64,000 bases of DNA from the human T2T-CHM13v2.0 reference genome, Homo sapiens. The notes below the pieces were generated by a model. It had not been told where the DNA came from, did not search any database, and saw only the letters and a list, made by a program, of their open reading frames with translations. The translations under genes and the position numbers were made by a program. Below, in pieces: positions 28,440 through 46,829 of this stretch (position 1 is its first letter; the number at the start of each line of letters is the position of its first letter). Location of the stretch: NCBI RefSeq assembly GCF_009914755.1, contig NC_060929.1. One strand, 5' to 3'.

Positions 28440-28650
28440 CATAATAATATGTGTTAATAGCTTGCTATGTACCATGAATTGTGCTAGGCTCCTTAAAAAT
28501 ATATTTCCATTTGACTCTCCTAACAATCATGTATGAGAAGTAAGATTACTATATCCATTTTACAAGTGAACGACTCAGAAAGAAAAATATGTCACTTTCC
28601 AGTGTCCACACATCTGGTCAGTGGCCAAGCAGGGATTCAAGCCAACCACT
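28440..28650 (-). mobile_element. MIR SINE
   Basis: tatccattttacaagtga...gggattcaagcc. Confidence 0.65.
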
Positions 28651-30694
28651 AGCCTGAACATCTGCAACAGACTCTGTCCTCCTTGGATCTAACCAGACAC
28701 TGTTATTCTTGAAAATCCTCACCCCCAATTCCCTCTGGCCAATTCAAGGTCAAATTTGAACAGGGTGTCCTGGTGCCAGTTATCATCAACCAGAGATTCT
28801 CAAGTCTCTGCCAACACCATCTCCTCTTTTAGAAACTTTAAATTGCTATTGAGATGTAACTTGCCCTAAAAGGTGGTTCAAGAGAAGAAGGCAAAGAGTT
28901 TGTGGTTAATTTGTCATCTGAGGGTCTGAGGGAGTTGAAAATTTTAAAGACCAACCATTGGCATGCCATTCCCAGGAATGAGTGATTTATTAGCAGCTAG
29001 GCAGGCCCTGACTTTTATTTTTTTCTTTCATATATTTTATCATCATTTCTAATCACCAGGAAAAATTGGTGAAGACTATGGCGCAAGACAAGCCTGGTTT
29101 AATTTGTCTCTGCTTTCCCACCCCATCTATTTGTCGATGCTTGGCAAAAGTAGACCCAACCTAAACACGTCCTCCAGCTGTTTATTTAGGCAGAATGCAA
29201 CAACAATAGTCGATTATTAACAATTTCTTCCTTAGAGCCCCTGAAAGTCTTCCTTTATATGTTGTTTAAAACGTGGGCATTGATTGTTTCCCCATGCCGT
29301 GTGAGCAACTCTAATGGAGTCAACACAAAAGTTGATATGCCAAGGTTTTTCACTTCCCACATCTGACTTTATGGGAATTGGTATCGTTACTCAACAAAGA
29401 AGCACTGCTTCATTTTTCTCAAGTTTCACTGCCAACCGGTAGGCATTTAGGAAGGACAGACTATGTGACTGGCATCCCTCTCAAAATCAACTGGCAACAA
29501 CTGTCCCACAGAAAATCTAAAAGCGCAGAAGCACAGACCATTCTTTAGCAGGACAGACAGCAGTGCTCATTCAAGCCCTTGATTTTTAAACATACAGGAA
29601 ACATCTTGTCTATAAATTCACTTATCATTTCCAGGCACCTTACTTATACCTCCCCTGGTTTTTAGTAAAGAGCCAATAAGACAGTTCCTTCTTCCTAGGA
29701 CTAAAAGCCACGCAGTACCTAAAAATAAATTCCAGGTTCTGGACTGAAGGTAAATCAGGTGCAGTGTCAGGTCAGCACCAATATTTTAATGACAGTTGCC
29801 TTTTGTCTACTAATAGCATACTGATTAGGTTGATACTGTGTAAGAATTTACCTTATATAGTTTCTTATGTTTAAATTGCATTATTATGTAATTTCATATT
29901 TATGTAATAGAAGAGCTCTTAGTAATATGCACATTAATTAAACCCAATAAATGTATGGAACTTACAGTGGACATGAGGGTTCCTTCATCAAGCTGAGTTA
30001 TTCATCTCCGTTTCATAGTAAGTTGAAGACATCAGTTGCTTTACAGAAGGGCTTTTCATGTATTTTGGCTTTTTGGAAAGCAAGAGGGCATGTTGTCAGC
30101 ATTGTTTGCATTTTTGAAACAGAAAACCTTCCCACCCAGCAAGTGTGTTGGATGACTGTAGTGAAAAGTGATAAATGCAAAAAGGTGCTTGTGATCATTT
30201 GTTGTAGCAGAGGTGCTTCATACTAGAGGTACGTTACTGATACTGAATACCAAGGCACCCGAGTGAAACTAGGAGTCAAAAACATACTATTAGGCGTCAG
30301 TAACATAAATACATACAGCCAGCTAAATTACGAGAACAGGGATCGCTAGGGTTGATGGCAAATCAGATAAGCCACCCCACCCCTCACAGCATTCAGCTCT
30401 ATCCAGTTGTTTTGAGGGGATACAGACTCCATATTTTGGGTTTGGTTTTGCTTTCAAGAGAAGTCAGAAATCTGGAACACTATGCAAAATCTCAACTTTG
30501 AATTTTTGATAATATTCAGCTTGAGGGCTGTCAGTCTGTGACATCTGCCCTAGATAGATGAAATTTGGATTTAATTTTCCTACTCAAATCTGGGGTCCCT
30601 GAGAGCTGCAGTTATGTCTTATCCATCCTTTCATCCCTGAAAGAACCCATCACTGTTCTCTACACTTGGTTTTCGGGGACTTGCCAACCATCAG

Positions 30695-30880
30695 GCAGCA
30701 TGCTTAGCACTTTACATTCATCCTTCCTCTCTAACTTTCACAGCAACCTTAGCGGGTAGTTACTGCTGTTTTCACCAGTTGGCAGATGAGTAAGCTGAGA
30801 ATGAAAGAAATGAGGTAGCACGCCCAGGTTCACACAACTAGAAAGTGGCAGACTCAATTCTTGAACCCAGTTCTGTAGAT
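30695..30880 (-). mobile_element. MIR SINE
   Basis: cagatgagtaagctgaga...cacacaactagaaagtggcaga. Confidence 0.7.
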
Positions 30881-32899
30881 TTTATCTCCTAACCTCTAGC
30901 TAAATGCCCCTCCTAGATGTTCCCACATTCCTCTGTATATATCCCAGGGGTCACATTTACCACTCTGTATTGTAATTGTCTTTTCCTTCTGTCTCCTGCA
31001 CCTCGTTGGGAAATATGACTGCAGGATAGATAGACAAATGAGCAAATATAATCAATGCCGTGGTGAAAATGAGCAACAGTTAGGAGGAGAATGTCTTCCA
31101 ATACCGAGAACGCTGGATAATTTTTGTTTTTGTTGCTGTCAATAATTTGATCTATCTGCAATGAAATATCATCTTGCTTTATAGGAGGGCTGGGTGAGCG
31201 GAGAATTAAGTATTCTTCCATCTTCCCTTACTCTTCCTTCTCCATTTCCCCCAGGAAGCTCTAGGCTTTCTCATTAGGATAAATGAAAAGAGAACTTGAC
31301 CTCTCTTCTAGTTAACTGGAAAACTCCCAATTCATTTTATTTGGAACATAACACATGGCACCCAGGTCGGTGCTTCTCTTCCCCCTGGGGACCAGCCCTG
31401 GATATTGTCAGCACACAAGCAACCGCAGGAATTCTGCCCACGCATAACACAGATGGACCTCACAAGGGCCACACAAGCTGGAGTAGATAAGGAGAACTTA
31501 GCTCAGAGTGAATACACAGGAAGGAGGAGGGTCTGGCATCTCATTTAGGGAATTAAATCCTTTATATGGCCTCTTTGTACTTTAGAAGAGTGTGTGGTCT
31601 GGAGAGGGGAGGGTGGGGGGCCAGGACAGAGGGAGATGGAAAGTTAGGACTTAGGGCTGGGGAGGGCAGGTTCTCACTTGTGCACTGACCCGCCCCATCT
31701 TCCTGAGGCAAGTCTCGTAATTACCTAACTAATGGGGAATAATGACACCACTTGGATGGGAGTTGAGAGAGGGGGAAAGAAAGGCATGAGAATTCATTAA
31801 CCATGTGTGAGGGGCTTGGATAGCATCCCTGAAGGATCATTATTACATCATTTCACCCCCCTTTCCCACCTCTTTCCACTAATATGAGACAGACAAATGC
31901 TAAATAACTATGTAATAATACATTACTAGACAGACAACAATGCCAGAAAATATAATAGCCTGCTACAGCTATGAAACTCCCCCAAAGATATATTTAAAAT
32001 GTCACTGATGCATAATGTAAAATAGGAATTACAGGTTCATTTGGAGGACATGATTTAAAATCTATACAACTGTACAGTGGTATTTCCCACTGGGTTTTTG
32101 TTGTCACTGTCCTTTTCTAAACATCACAAAGAAAACAAAAATCACCCAAATAATTTCAGCCTAGAGATGCGAACTTCAAGGAACCTGTTTCCTCCACATT
32201 TTTCCTTCTTGTTTTTGTTGGTCAGGATGCTCTCCAAACCTAGTATCTTCTTGACATGTTGTCTTTTCTTCAGAATGTTTCTGCAGCCTGCACAGGAACC
32301 CCAGAATGTAGATTACACCTTTTGGAGATGTAGCCCGGCCACATAAGGAGACAAGTAGTTGAAATTTGTGTCAAATTGCTTGTTTAAATGACTTGAGCCA
32401 ACTTCTTAAAGCCAGGACAGCAGGGGCTGAGGATTTTTAAAGTTGGCAGGGGCCAAAAATGACAAGGCTCAGCAGTCACCTGGTGAGCTGCCAGCCCTGA
32501 CTGGAAGCTTCAAAAAATAAAACTTTCTCAAAGGACACAAATTAAAAGTCATGTTTCAGCATCCATTAAAACGAAATTATAGGCTTCATCGCATAGCAAA
32601 CTACTTTCATTTTCATTATGCTTAAAATATTTCATTTTGTAGATTGAGAATCGGTTGCTAGGAAAACCTTGTGTGGAGTTGTCAGAGACAGCGATATCTA
32701 CAAGGGGATATTTTCCAAGGGAGAGCTCTCCTTTGTTTTTCCTGCAAGGATAGAGGATTTTGTTATTTAAAAAAACGCAGGATGCAATTTGGAGTCGGGG
32801 TCATGGCTTGAAAACATCTGCCATGACCTTCTCCAGAGACCGAGTCCTCAGGGTTCATCTCTCAGAGGAAAGAAGTTAGCAACCTGCTGAGCTGAGCGG

Positions 32900-33300
32900 G
32901 CTCACAGGTGTGTTTTGTTCACTCTCATTTTAAAATAGATATATATGTGTATATTACACATATACACATATATACACACATACATACGCAAATATGTGTG
33001 TATACACACATACATACGCAAATATGTGTGTATACACACATACATATATATAAATCTCATTTTGAATTGTCAACATTTTTAAAAACTAGGAAATTTTATC
33101 TACAAGTCCAGATTTCCAGCTTTTCTAGAGAAATTAGAAATTACGGCTGCCTTGAGCTCTCTCCCTCATTCCCACGTGATCAAATTGACCTGGTGCTGAG
33201 TGAGGGCTGCCCCCTAGTCTCTTCACCTCAACTCAGTCCTTAGCTAGCCCACTCCACCTTCCTGCCTAGTCCCTATAGGTATTTAAAGGTACTATTCCCT
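32900..33300. mobile_element. MER102-like hAT remnant interrupted by a TA/CA-rich tandem repeat
   Basis: ccagatttccagcttttctagagaaatt...gctgagtgagggctgcccc. Confidence 0.55.
32971..33046 (+). repeat. 30-bp tandem repeat, 2.5 copies
   Basis: tatacacacatacatacgcaaatatgtgtg at 32971-33000 and 33001-33030, partial third copy. Confidence 0.92.
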
Positions 33301-33708
33301 GACTTAGAGTGTTCCATATTCTTAATATCTTCAAAAGATGAAATTTTTGAAAAGAATGTGTGCAGTATACCAGTTTACCTGGAAAGGGAATAGGGACTTG
33401 CTACGCCAGCGATCAGCCTTGAATGTCATGTTACTTTCATTGCAGTATTAATATGTTTCAAATAATTCCTCTGGTCAGCCCTTATCCACCTGGTTTTGCT
33501 AAATTAGTTTCTCATTATTCTTCATTTGATGCGTGTGGATAAATGCAAATCAAAGCCCATTATTTATTTGTAACTGACTCTGGGATGCCTGCCGCAGTCT
33601 TATCTGTCGCTCTAGCTTGCAGCTTTCAGCAATTGTCAGCTTAGAGACTTTGGTTTGAAACTCTCCTCCAGTGGTTTGCAGAGTGCCTGAGACTGGAATT
33701 TGCAGACG

Positions 33709-33737
33709 CTAACAGTCATTTCTCCTTTTTTTTTCAG
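33709..33737 (+). promoter_or_regulatory. Branch point and polypyrimidine tract (3' splice site) of the TENM2 exon
   Basis: CTAAC with branch A at 33712, then a T-rich tract and CAG. Confidence 0.8.
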
Positions 33738-33972
33738 GCCCTCCGAACCACCACAGCCAGTCGACTCTGAGGCCCCCTCTCCCACCCCCTCACAACCACA
33801 CGCTGTCCCATCACCACTCGTCCGCCAACTCCCTCAACAGGAACTCACTGACCAATCGGCGGAGTCAGATCCACGCCCCGGCCCCAGCGCCCAATGACCT
33901 GGCCACCACACCAGAGTCCGTTCAGCTTCAGGACAGCTGGGTGCTAAACAGCAACGTGCCACTGGAGACCCG
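33738..33972 (+). CDS. TENM2: Internal coding exon of teneurin-2 (intracellular N-terminal domain, His/Pro-rich segment with PPLPPP motif)
   Basis: Acceptor tctccttttttttttcag| at 33737 with CTAAC branch point at 33709-33713; donor CG|gtaagt at 33972/33973. Length 235 nt = 2+77x3+2, open throughout. The translation [78 protein letters not shown] matches my recollection of teneurin-2 (family motif ..[14 protein letters not shown]). Locally CpG-rich. Confidence 0.96.
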
Positions 33973-35833
33973 GTAAGTCCCCATCGCCAGCTCACAGTCA
34001 CACTCAGTGTCACCTTACCCCTGAGTCACCACACAGAGCCACTGGGTGTCTCAGAGTTCCAGTCGGAGAGACCCTCTGGGTATAAATAATGAGACAAGTT
34101 TACCACCTCCTTGTTCCCTTGGTAATTTGACCCTGGACAGTAGGTTGACAGGTATTTCTTCGTTCACATGTGTCTCCTTTTAAAGCTTGTTTACTTTCTC
34201 GGATAGCTCTTGTGTACCCAACTAATAGAATTAGCATAACATATTTTTACTCGAAGGCTCATGGGAAACATGCTTATAAGGGTATATTGACTGAAAGCTG
34301 CTGATAAATTATGCATTTGGCCTTTCTTGAAGTAATAAATGAAGACTCATTTGAAATTAAGTGTTTGGGGAGACCTTGAGAAACAATCCCTGATTCCAAA
34401 CTGACAGAAGTATAATTTAAATTTATATTTCATCCAACATGCAGTCTCACTTTAATCCCTCCTGTACACACTAACAGCTTGATGCCTGTGGGGCAAACGG
34501 TAATGTATAAAAACAAACAAGAAAAAAGGGGCAGCACTTACGTGAGGAGGGAAGAGTTTGAAAATGATCTCCAGGTCTGGCTTTGTTTTGTGTAGCCTTT
34601 GCTTCTGTCCTTTTTTCACCTTCGATTCTGTTCTCCAAAACCATATACACCTTAATGATCTGAAAGAAGACCTGTCAGTCAGGGTATGGAGGGGCTGGAA
34701 TGTCACTGACAGTGAAGGCTCTGTGTGGGTTGGCCAGACTCTGAAACAGCCTTGCTGCTCTATCCCCAGGCACATTCTTGGTTTGTGTGTTTCAAATGCT
34801 ATTGTTTCCTTGTCTAGAAGAACCATGGAGACGGAACAGAGAGGAGGGCTAATTCATACTGACCCTTCATAAAGTTCCCAAATAGATTTTAAACTTTAAT
34901 AACTTAGGTTTGAGGAAAGACAGAAATAATCTGTAATGTTTCTGATAATGGCCAGTGAATTCTCTTCACACAGCTGGAAGCAATTTTGAAAGTAGCATTT
35001 GGAGTTGTTTCTTACCTATAATTTTTTTGTTTTTTTATAAGATCCTGAAAATTAATATGTTATACATCTTTGTCACTATAATCACTCCAAACTTTTAATT
35101 TTATTTTCTGACAATTATAGGATTTTTAAAGAATTTTTGCTTTATTAAGAGAAACTAAAAGAATGAACCTAAGCTAATAAATATCCTTGATCTCAACATT
35201 AGTTTAAAAGAATTGGTACAGAAATAAATAAAATGACACAAAATGAAGCACTAAGCCAAATACAAAGGGTGCTGCATTATTATTATTTTCCTCTGCAAAA
35301 AATACCTAACGTGTGTGCACACACACACTCACTCACACACACACACACACAAACAAACACACACACAGGCTCTCACACAAAGAATGGTTACATAACAAAG
35401 TAAACGTTATAACAACCACATCTGTTTGACTCTTAATCCAAACTAACACGAAAAATCTGTCAAGACAATTGGGGTAATTTAAACACGGATTGGGTATTTA
35501 ATGATATTAAGAATATAATTATAATTTTATTAGGTGCAGTTTTGGCATGCATGTTTGGTTCAAACATTAAAAACATTCCAATTGAGGAATGAAAAGCTAC
35601 GTATCGGGTATTATGCTTTTTTAAAATTTATTATAGTTTAAGTTCTGGGATACATGTGCAGAACGTGCAGGTTCGTTACATAGGTATAAACATGCCATGG
35701 TGGTTTCCTGCACCCATCAACTGGTCATCTATATTAGGTATTTCTCCTAATGCTATCCCTCCCCTAGGCCCCTGCCCCCTCACAGGCCCCAGTGTGTGAT
35801 GTTCCCCTCCCTGTGTCCATGTGTTCTTATTGT

Positions 35834-39669
<3,836 letters not shown>

Positions 39670-39732
39670 TATGATGCTAGCTGGTTATTTTGCCCGTTGG
39701 TTGATGTAGTTTCTTCATGGTGTTGATGGTCT

Positions 39733-40977
<1,245 letters not shown>

Positions 40978-43687
40978 CTGTGTGGATTTATCTACCTTTG
41001 GTCTTTGATGTTGGTGACCTTCAGATGGGTTTTCTGAGTGGACGTCCTTTTTGTTGATGGTGATGCTATTCCTTTCTGTTTGTTAGTTTCCAGTCAGGCC
41101 CCTCAGCTGCAGGTCTGCTGAAGTTTGCTGGAGGTCCACTCCACACCCTATTTGCCTGGGTATCACCAGCGGAGGCTGCAGACAGCAAAGACTGCTGCCT
41201 GTTCCTTCCTCTGGAAGCTTCGCCCAGAGGGCTACCCACCAGATGCCAGCTGGAGCTCTCCTGTATGAGGTGTCTGTCAACCCATGCTGGTAGGTGTCTC
41301 CCAGTCAGGAGGCACGGGGGTTAGGGACCTACTTGAGGAGGCAGTCTTTCCCTTAGCAGAGCTCAAGCACTGTGCTGGGAGATCCGCTGCTCTCTTCAGA
41401 GCCGGCAGGGTGGGAATGTTTAAGTCTGCTGAAGCTGTGCCCACAGCCGCCCCTTCCCCCAGGTGCTCTGTCCCAGGGAGACGGGAGTTTTATCTATAAG
41501 CCTCTGACTGGGTCTGCTGCCTTTCTTTCAAAGGTACCCTGCCCAGAAAGGAGGAATCTAGAGAGGCAGTCTGGCTACAGCAGGTTTGCTGAGCTGTGGT
41601 GGGCTCTGCCCAGTCTGAACTTCCCAGTGGCTTTGTTTACACTGTGAGGGGAAAACTACTTACTCAAGCCTCAGTAATAGTGGACCCCCCCTCCCTCCCA
41701 CCAAGCTGGAGCATCCCAGGTCAACTTCAGACTGCTGTGCTGGCAGCAAGAATTTCAAGCCAGTGGATCTTAGCTTGCTGGGCTCCATGGGTTGGGATCT
41801 GCTGAGCTAAACCACTTGGCTCCCTTGCTTCAGCCCCCTTTCCAGGGGAGTGAACGGTTCTGTCTTACTAGCGTTCCAGTCACCTCTGTGGTATTAATAA
41901 AAAAACTCCTGCAGCTAACTCAGTGTCTGCCCAAACGGCCACCCAGTTTTGTGCTTGAAACCCAGGGCCCTGGTGGTGTAGGCACCCAAGGGAATCTCCT
42001 GGTCTGTGGGTTGTTAAGACAGTGGGAAAAGCACAGTATCTGGGCCGGAATGCACCATTCCTCACAGCACAGTCCCTCACAGCTTCCCTTGGCTAGAGGA
42101 GGGAGTTCCCTGACCCCTTGTGCTTCCTGGGTGAGGCGACGCCCCGCCCTGCTTCAGCTTGCCCTCTGTGGGCTGTACCCACTGTCTAACCAGTCCTAGT
42201 GAGATGAGCCTAGTACTTCAGTTAGAAATGCAGAAATCACCTGGCTTCTGTGTTGATCTCACTGGGAGCTGCAGACCGGAGCTGTTCCTATTCGGCCATC
42301 TTGCCAGCCAGCAGAATTATAGGTTATTTTTAACCATGTCTACAATCTTAATCTTTAAAGGTTAAAATATGTAAAGTCAATAAAAACTGTATATAATAGA
42401 GATATTTAAACTTCTGCCCTGATATGGTAAACCATTAATAAACAGCTTTGCTGGAAGCTGACTGGCTGGCCAGGCTTAACTCAGGATATTGTCAAAGTTG
42501 ATGGTGGTCTTAAAGGCTGGATGGTATTTTCTGTCTTTTTCCTCTCCACACTTACAAACTGCCATAGAGTTTGTTAATTAGTCAGCCTATTTTTACGTTA
42601 ACAGACTATTATTTGAAAAATAGTTTCTGGATATAAATGCTACTTAGAATGGACTAGATGAAGAAGAAGAAAGGAAGGAAAGAAAGGGAAGAGGAGATGT
42701 AATAGCTATTGTAGAAAAAGAAGAGGACCACCATGACCATTATCAATCAGTTGTTATTGTTTAGTTTATATATGCTGAACATTAATGCTTTACGTGCATT
42801 ATCTCACTCAAGCCTGAAAACAATCCTATGAAGTAGGAAGGGACTTTTATTATGGCCATTTAAAGATGCAGAATCTAGGGATAGAGGGACAAAGTAACCT
42901 GCAGGAAGTCTAAAGCTTCAGAAAGATAGTAAACTATGAGCCATGTTGGATGAAACACTGGAAGTTCCTACACCCAAAATAAGGTGGTGGAATGTCTGAT
43001 GGGTGAACAACCACAAATCTAGGTTTATTGCCCTAGTTGTTACATTTACAGGACCAGATCCACCAGAGTGTCTGCTCTTGGCAATGAGTCTTCCCTTAGT
43101 GATAAGAACACACGAAACACATAAACATATCTCCCAGCTCCCAGCTCCTGATGCAATCAGTTGGTTTTCTAGATTTATTTTGAATAACTTTTTGTAATAA
43201 AGTGTCCTCTTGACAAATATCTGGTAGAGAGGACCAATGAAACCACGCAGATCACTGTCCTGCTTTCCTAAAGTAAGCTCTTCCAGAATTTACTTTCTGG
43301 TCTAGAGTCCTTCTTCAGATCCTTTGAATATTTGGCTTTTCTCCAAGGATTAGGACTTCTCAATGCTAATTTTGGAAGAAGCACATTAAAGAAAAAAATT
43401 GGTGGGAAGATAGGAGTGCCAAAACCTTGACATCCATCAAAAGGAAAAAAAAAAAAATGAGACAACATCTGAGTATTCTTTGATCCATATGTTCAAGAGC
43501 CAAGGATTAGAGCTCCTTGGGATGGAGTTGTTGGCAGAAATCCAGCACAAGGTGCAAAACTTGGTAAATATTTGAAACTCCACTCATGGAACTGAGCACA
43601 TAGAATATGCATCTAGTCTCATGTATGAAAATTCTAGTCATAGTCCATAGAACTGATGAAATGTATGATTCTGTTTTAAATATTATT

Positions 43688-44058
43688 TGTATTAGTTTGT
43701 TCTCACACTGCTAATAAAGACATACCCGAGACCCAGTAATTTATAGAGGAAACAGATTTAATTGACTGACAGTTCAGCATGACGGGGGAGGCCTCCAGAA
43801 ACTTATAATCATGGTAGAAAGGGAAGCAAACACACTCTTCTTCAACATGGCAGCATCAACTGCTGAGCAAAAGGGGTGAAAACCCCTTATAAAACCATCA
43901 GATCTCATGAGAACTCACTCACTATCACGACAACAGTATGAGGGTAACCGCCCCCATGATTAAGATACCTCCCACTGGGTCCCTCCCATGACACATGGGA
44001 ATTATGGGAACTACAATTCAAGATGAGATTTGGGTAGGGACACAACCAAACCGCATTG
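43688..44058 (-). mobile_element. THE1 (MaLR) solo LTR
   Basis: tgtattagtttgttctcacactgctaataaagac...caagatgagatttgggtagggacac; 5-bp TSD ttatt. Confidence 0.92.
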
Positions 44059-44079
44059 TTATTAGTTCAGTCTCTTATT

Positions 44080-44360
44080 AGCAAATATTTATTGAGTCCC
44101 TTGTGTATGCCAAGAGCTATGTTAGGTACTGGCAAGATACTGATTAAAACATGTATTGTCCCATTAAAGATCGTCCAACCTAAAGGAGGAGGCAGGTACA
44201 TAAGCAAAAAGATAGTTCAACATATACAGTAATGGAAGTCTAAAAGTTACAGAGATTTTATAGTGGAAGAAGCGATTTACTATCCGAGAAAGATCAAGAA
44301 AATTTTTATAGCTGAAGGGCTGCTTCAGCTGGGTTTTGAGGGATGAATAGGAATTTATCT
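44080..44360 (-). mobile_element. L2 fragment
   Basis: caaatatttattgagtccc, gctgggttttgagggatgaatagga. Confidence 0.6.
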
Positions 44361-45619
44361 ATTACATAAGTAAAGTCAGATATGATAGCATATTATTATT
44401 TGTTCTCATTCACCACTGTTTTTCCATATAGTCTTAGCAATAGATAATTGAATGAATTCCCTGATTCAAATGCTAAAATATTGTGAGTTTATTGGTGTCA
44501 ATTTCTTAGCCATGAGAGAGTATAGATATGGGATTTCTTCTTTTTAGGAGCATGATGCCATGCTAGTATTTCCATTTCTGTCTTTCATACCAAATAAGAA
44601 TTGGTCTCTCTCCAGGAGAGAGAACCATTAAAAGCAAGACATTCTGAAGGTTGATTATAATTTAGTCACCATTTTTGAAAATGTGGTGTAAATTTACAAA
44701 CAGCTTGACCACCCTTACTCTCATTAATACAGATTTCTGGGTTTGATGGAATAATTTCAAAACTCTGAGAGGTAATGAGCAGGCATTCTGCCACTCCCAG
44801 AATGCAAAGCGTGTCTCTTTAGTCCAGTGTGTCTCCTTAGACCAGTGGGGAGTGGGTCCTTTCCTCTCTGCATTGCTCTCTTGATGTCCCCATCAGTCTT
44901 AATGAAGCATGTTAGATCTTCTCTGAACTATGCTGCTTTTTTTTTTCTATGATGAGTACATTGGAGGGGCTGATTAAGGAGGCATAACCAGAAAATAGGA
45001 CTGTTTGGAATTTAACAAAAGACAAACAAGCATATAAGGGAAGTTCTGCATCAATGTAAAATAAAAGAACAATGCATATAAATTTGTACTACCAAAAGCA
45101 GTCTATTCATGTATAAACCATAATATAATCCAACGAAAATCAAACATAAGGCAGAACTAACTGCAAGCAGTCTGTACTGTCTTTTCTTAAGTAGTGTGTT
45201 ACAGAATCCCTCTACCCTCCACCTTCCTCCCAGCCTATTCACAGAAGGTTTTGAAACAAAGTCTACTTGCAATTCTTGTTCAATATCACCTATCTACTCC
45301 TTCCTCTGCTGAAAGTGACAAGGTGAGAAATCTTCCCGGTCGGCTGCTTCTTTGGGAGTTTCTAAAGTCAACTTCTCTTGTCTAAAACAGTAGAAAGTAG
45401 CTCAGTGACAGAACCTAACTTTTCTTCCTTTGTGTGTTTTGCTGAAGCAAGCGTCTCTCTTTGGATCTGTCTGAGCAGTAGATCACAAAAAAGAGTCCCT
45501 AAGCAGGACAAAACTTCTCTCTGAGTTCACTTTTGCCCTGACATACTAGAAGCCCTAATTTTAATCATCAAGATCCTCAAGCTGCAAAACGGTTTGCAAT
45601 TTGCCTTTTTAAATGGTCA

Positions 45620-46440
45620 TTCATTAATTATTCTAGAAATAGCTATGAGAACCTACCATGTGTCAGGCACTGAGGATCCGGCAAAGGAGAAAAACAAAAC
45701 CTCTGTCCTTATGGAGATTCTAGGCTGGAAGCAGACAGAACATAAACAAATGTCCCTTACACCATGACAAATGCAGTAAGTGCCACAGACGGCTGAAGAA
45801 GCCAGACCCATAAGAAATGGACATTTAAGCTGAGCCCTTAAGGATGAGTAGGGGTTAATCAGGCTTAAAGAGTGCTCTAGATCACAAAAACAATGAGCCA
45901 CTAGGGGCAGAAACACTAAGGTGCCAGAAAGAGAAAGCAAGAGAAAGCAAACTAGAAAGGTAGGCAAGGGCAAGATGGATCAAGGCTTTGGACCATGTTA
46001 AAGCTTTTGGACTCTACCTCGAGAACAATTAAAAGTCACTGAAGCTTTTTAAGCAGGAGAGCAAAATAATAAGATACACTCTGCTTTTTGCTTTTAATAA
46101 TGATAGCTGCCCTATGATAAATGGATTGGGGGGCAGTTAGAGTGGAAAGTATGCAAGACTAAAGGTCCAGTTTGGAAAATAAAATAATAGTTAAGATAAA
46201 AAGTGGCATGCCTTTGATTAGGGAGTGGTGCTGAATATTCAAAGATGTGAGGTATAGTTTGAAGGTAGGATCAGTAGAAATTAATGATTGCTGGGATTTG
46301 AAGATGAAGGTTAGGATTCTTCAAGTTTTTGACTTAGATGTCTGGGTGAATAGCAATGTCATGTGCTGAAGAAGGAACAGGTTTTTGTGGCAGAAAACAA
46401 AAGTTCAGTTTTGGACATGTTACATTTATGAGGCAAGAGA
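45620..46440 (-). mobile_element. L2 LINE fragment
   Basis: ctaccatgtgtcaggcactg, ttttaagcagga, gttcagttttggacatgtt. Confidence 0.75.
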
Positions 46441-46584
46441 ATTGAGTGCAGTTATTGGCCAGACTTATTTTGATTCTAAAATAATATGTATAACACAGAA
46501 AATCATCCATTTACAGATAATAGCATATGTAGTATATCCAAAGCCCTCAGCAATTGATTTTTCTCTTTAAAAAATGTCTCTCCA

Positions 46585-46749
46585 GGCCAGATGCAGTGGT
46601 TCATACCTATAATCCCAGTAATCTGGGAGGTTGAGATGGAAGAATCTCTTGAGCCCAGGATGTGGAGGCTGCAGTAAGCTATGATCACACCCCTGCGCTC
46701 CATCCTGGGTGATAGCGTGAGATTCCATCTTAAAAAAAAAGAAAAAAAA
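46585..46749 (+). mobile_element. FRAM-like free right Alu monomer
   Basis: Single monomer with A tail; TSD aaaaatgtctctcca / aaaaattctctcca. Confidence 0.85.
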
Positions 46750-46829
46750 TTCTCTCCAGAAATTTGTTAAATTTATTTCACACAATCATATAGGCCTGTG
46801 AATACTAACTTTTCTTTGTCAAATACTTT

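Noticed and set aside
28741-28755. 15-mer aattcaaggtcaaat repeated at 63953-63967
   Set aside because: A few shared 15-mers are expected by chance in 64 kb and the flanks do not align.
33700-33897. 65-aa ORF overlapping the exon
   Set aside because: Wrong frame and starts in the intron at a TTG; the teneurin frame has codons starting at 33740.
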